DNA of 64,000 nt from Tubiluchus corallicola (taxonomy: Eukaryota; Animalia; Priapulida). A program made the translations under genes and the position numbers. The stretch is taken from contig JAQGDQ010000065.1 in NCBI GenBank assembly GCA_030141605.1, forward strand, positions 1-64,000. Reading direction: 5' to 3'. Positions 63,628 to 64,000 of the stretch are shown in pieces. A model generated the notes under the pieces. The model saw only the letters and a list, made by a program, of their open reading frames with translations, searched no databases and was not told the DNA's origin. Within the stretch, counting starts at the first letter, position 1. Every line of letters starts with the position of its first letter.

Positions 63628-64000
63628 GTATCCTGTTATGCTTGGTTGGTCTAATCGAAAATTACTGGAAGTGGTCTTCTCGAAATTTCCAGTAAATCCT
63701 AGAACAGAGAGACATTTCCGCATACCTGCAGCAAGTAGACACGGAAGCCAGACACGATAAATTTCTCACCTGTGGAAGCCTGTGACCGTTATTGATTGGA
63801 AATTGCCTACTCGTTTACTGAGAAATTGGTGAACTCCTGGTTGCACCGATCAATACTTTACAACTTTCCCTCCTTTTGGTCTCATAAATTGCCTCTCTTC
63901 ACAGCAACTGTCAGCAAGATTTAGCAGAGTCGACTGAAATCTGTTAAAGGAAAAGCGCATGATTGTGTGAACACGAGTTCAGAATAAAGAATGCTCTAAA

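Overview
AT-rich, intron-containing animal (invertebrate-like) genomic DNA. No CRISPR array, rRNA or tRNA is supported. I found four protein-coding genes by manual splicing and by comparison with human sequences recalled from memory (no BLAST was run). (1) The 5' part of NUP188 on the minus strand: 16 exons from 38213 down to 2307, about 529 codons, continuing off the left edge. (2) A complete 6-exon arylsulfatase A (524 aa) on the plus strand, nested inside a ~15 kb NUP188 intron. (3) An RNF26-like TM+RING gene split by a +1 frameshift. (4) Exon 1 of ZMYND19. The rest is dense with minisatellites, LINE 3' ends (RTE, L2, CR1), internally deleted RTE elements and non-autonomous DNA transposons (Tigger/mariner-, hAT-, Kolobok- and Mutator-like). 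The most unusual feature is a 16-nt NUP188 microexon that was tandemly amplified, with its splice signals, into at least 34 copies of a frame-preserving 15-nt candidate microexon. Also notable: several satellites grew out of LINE 3' ends, and there is an inverted templated insertion flanked by a ~70-bp direct duplication.
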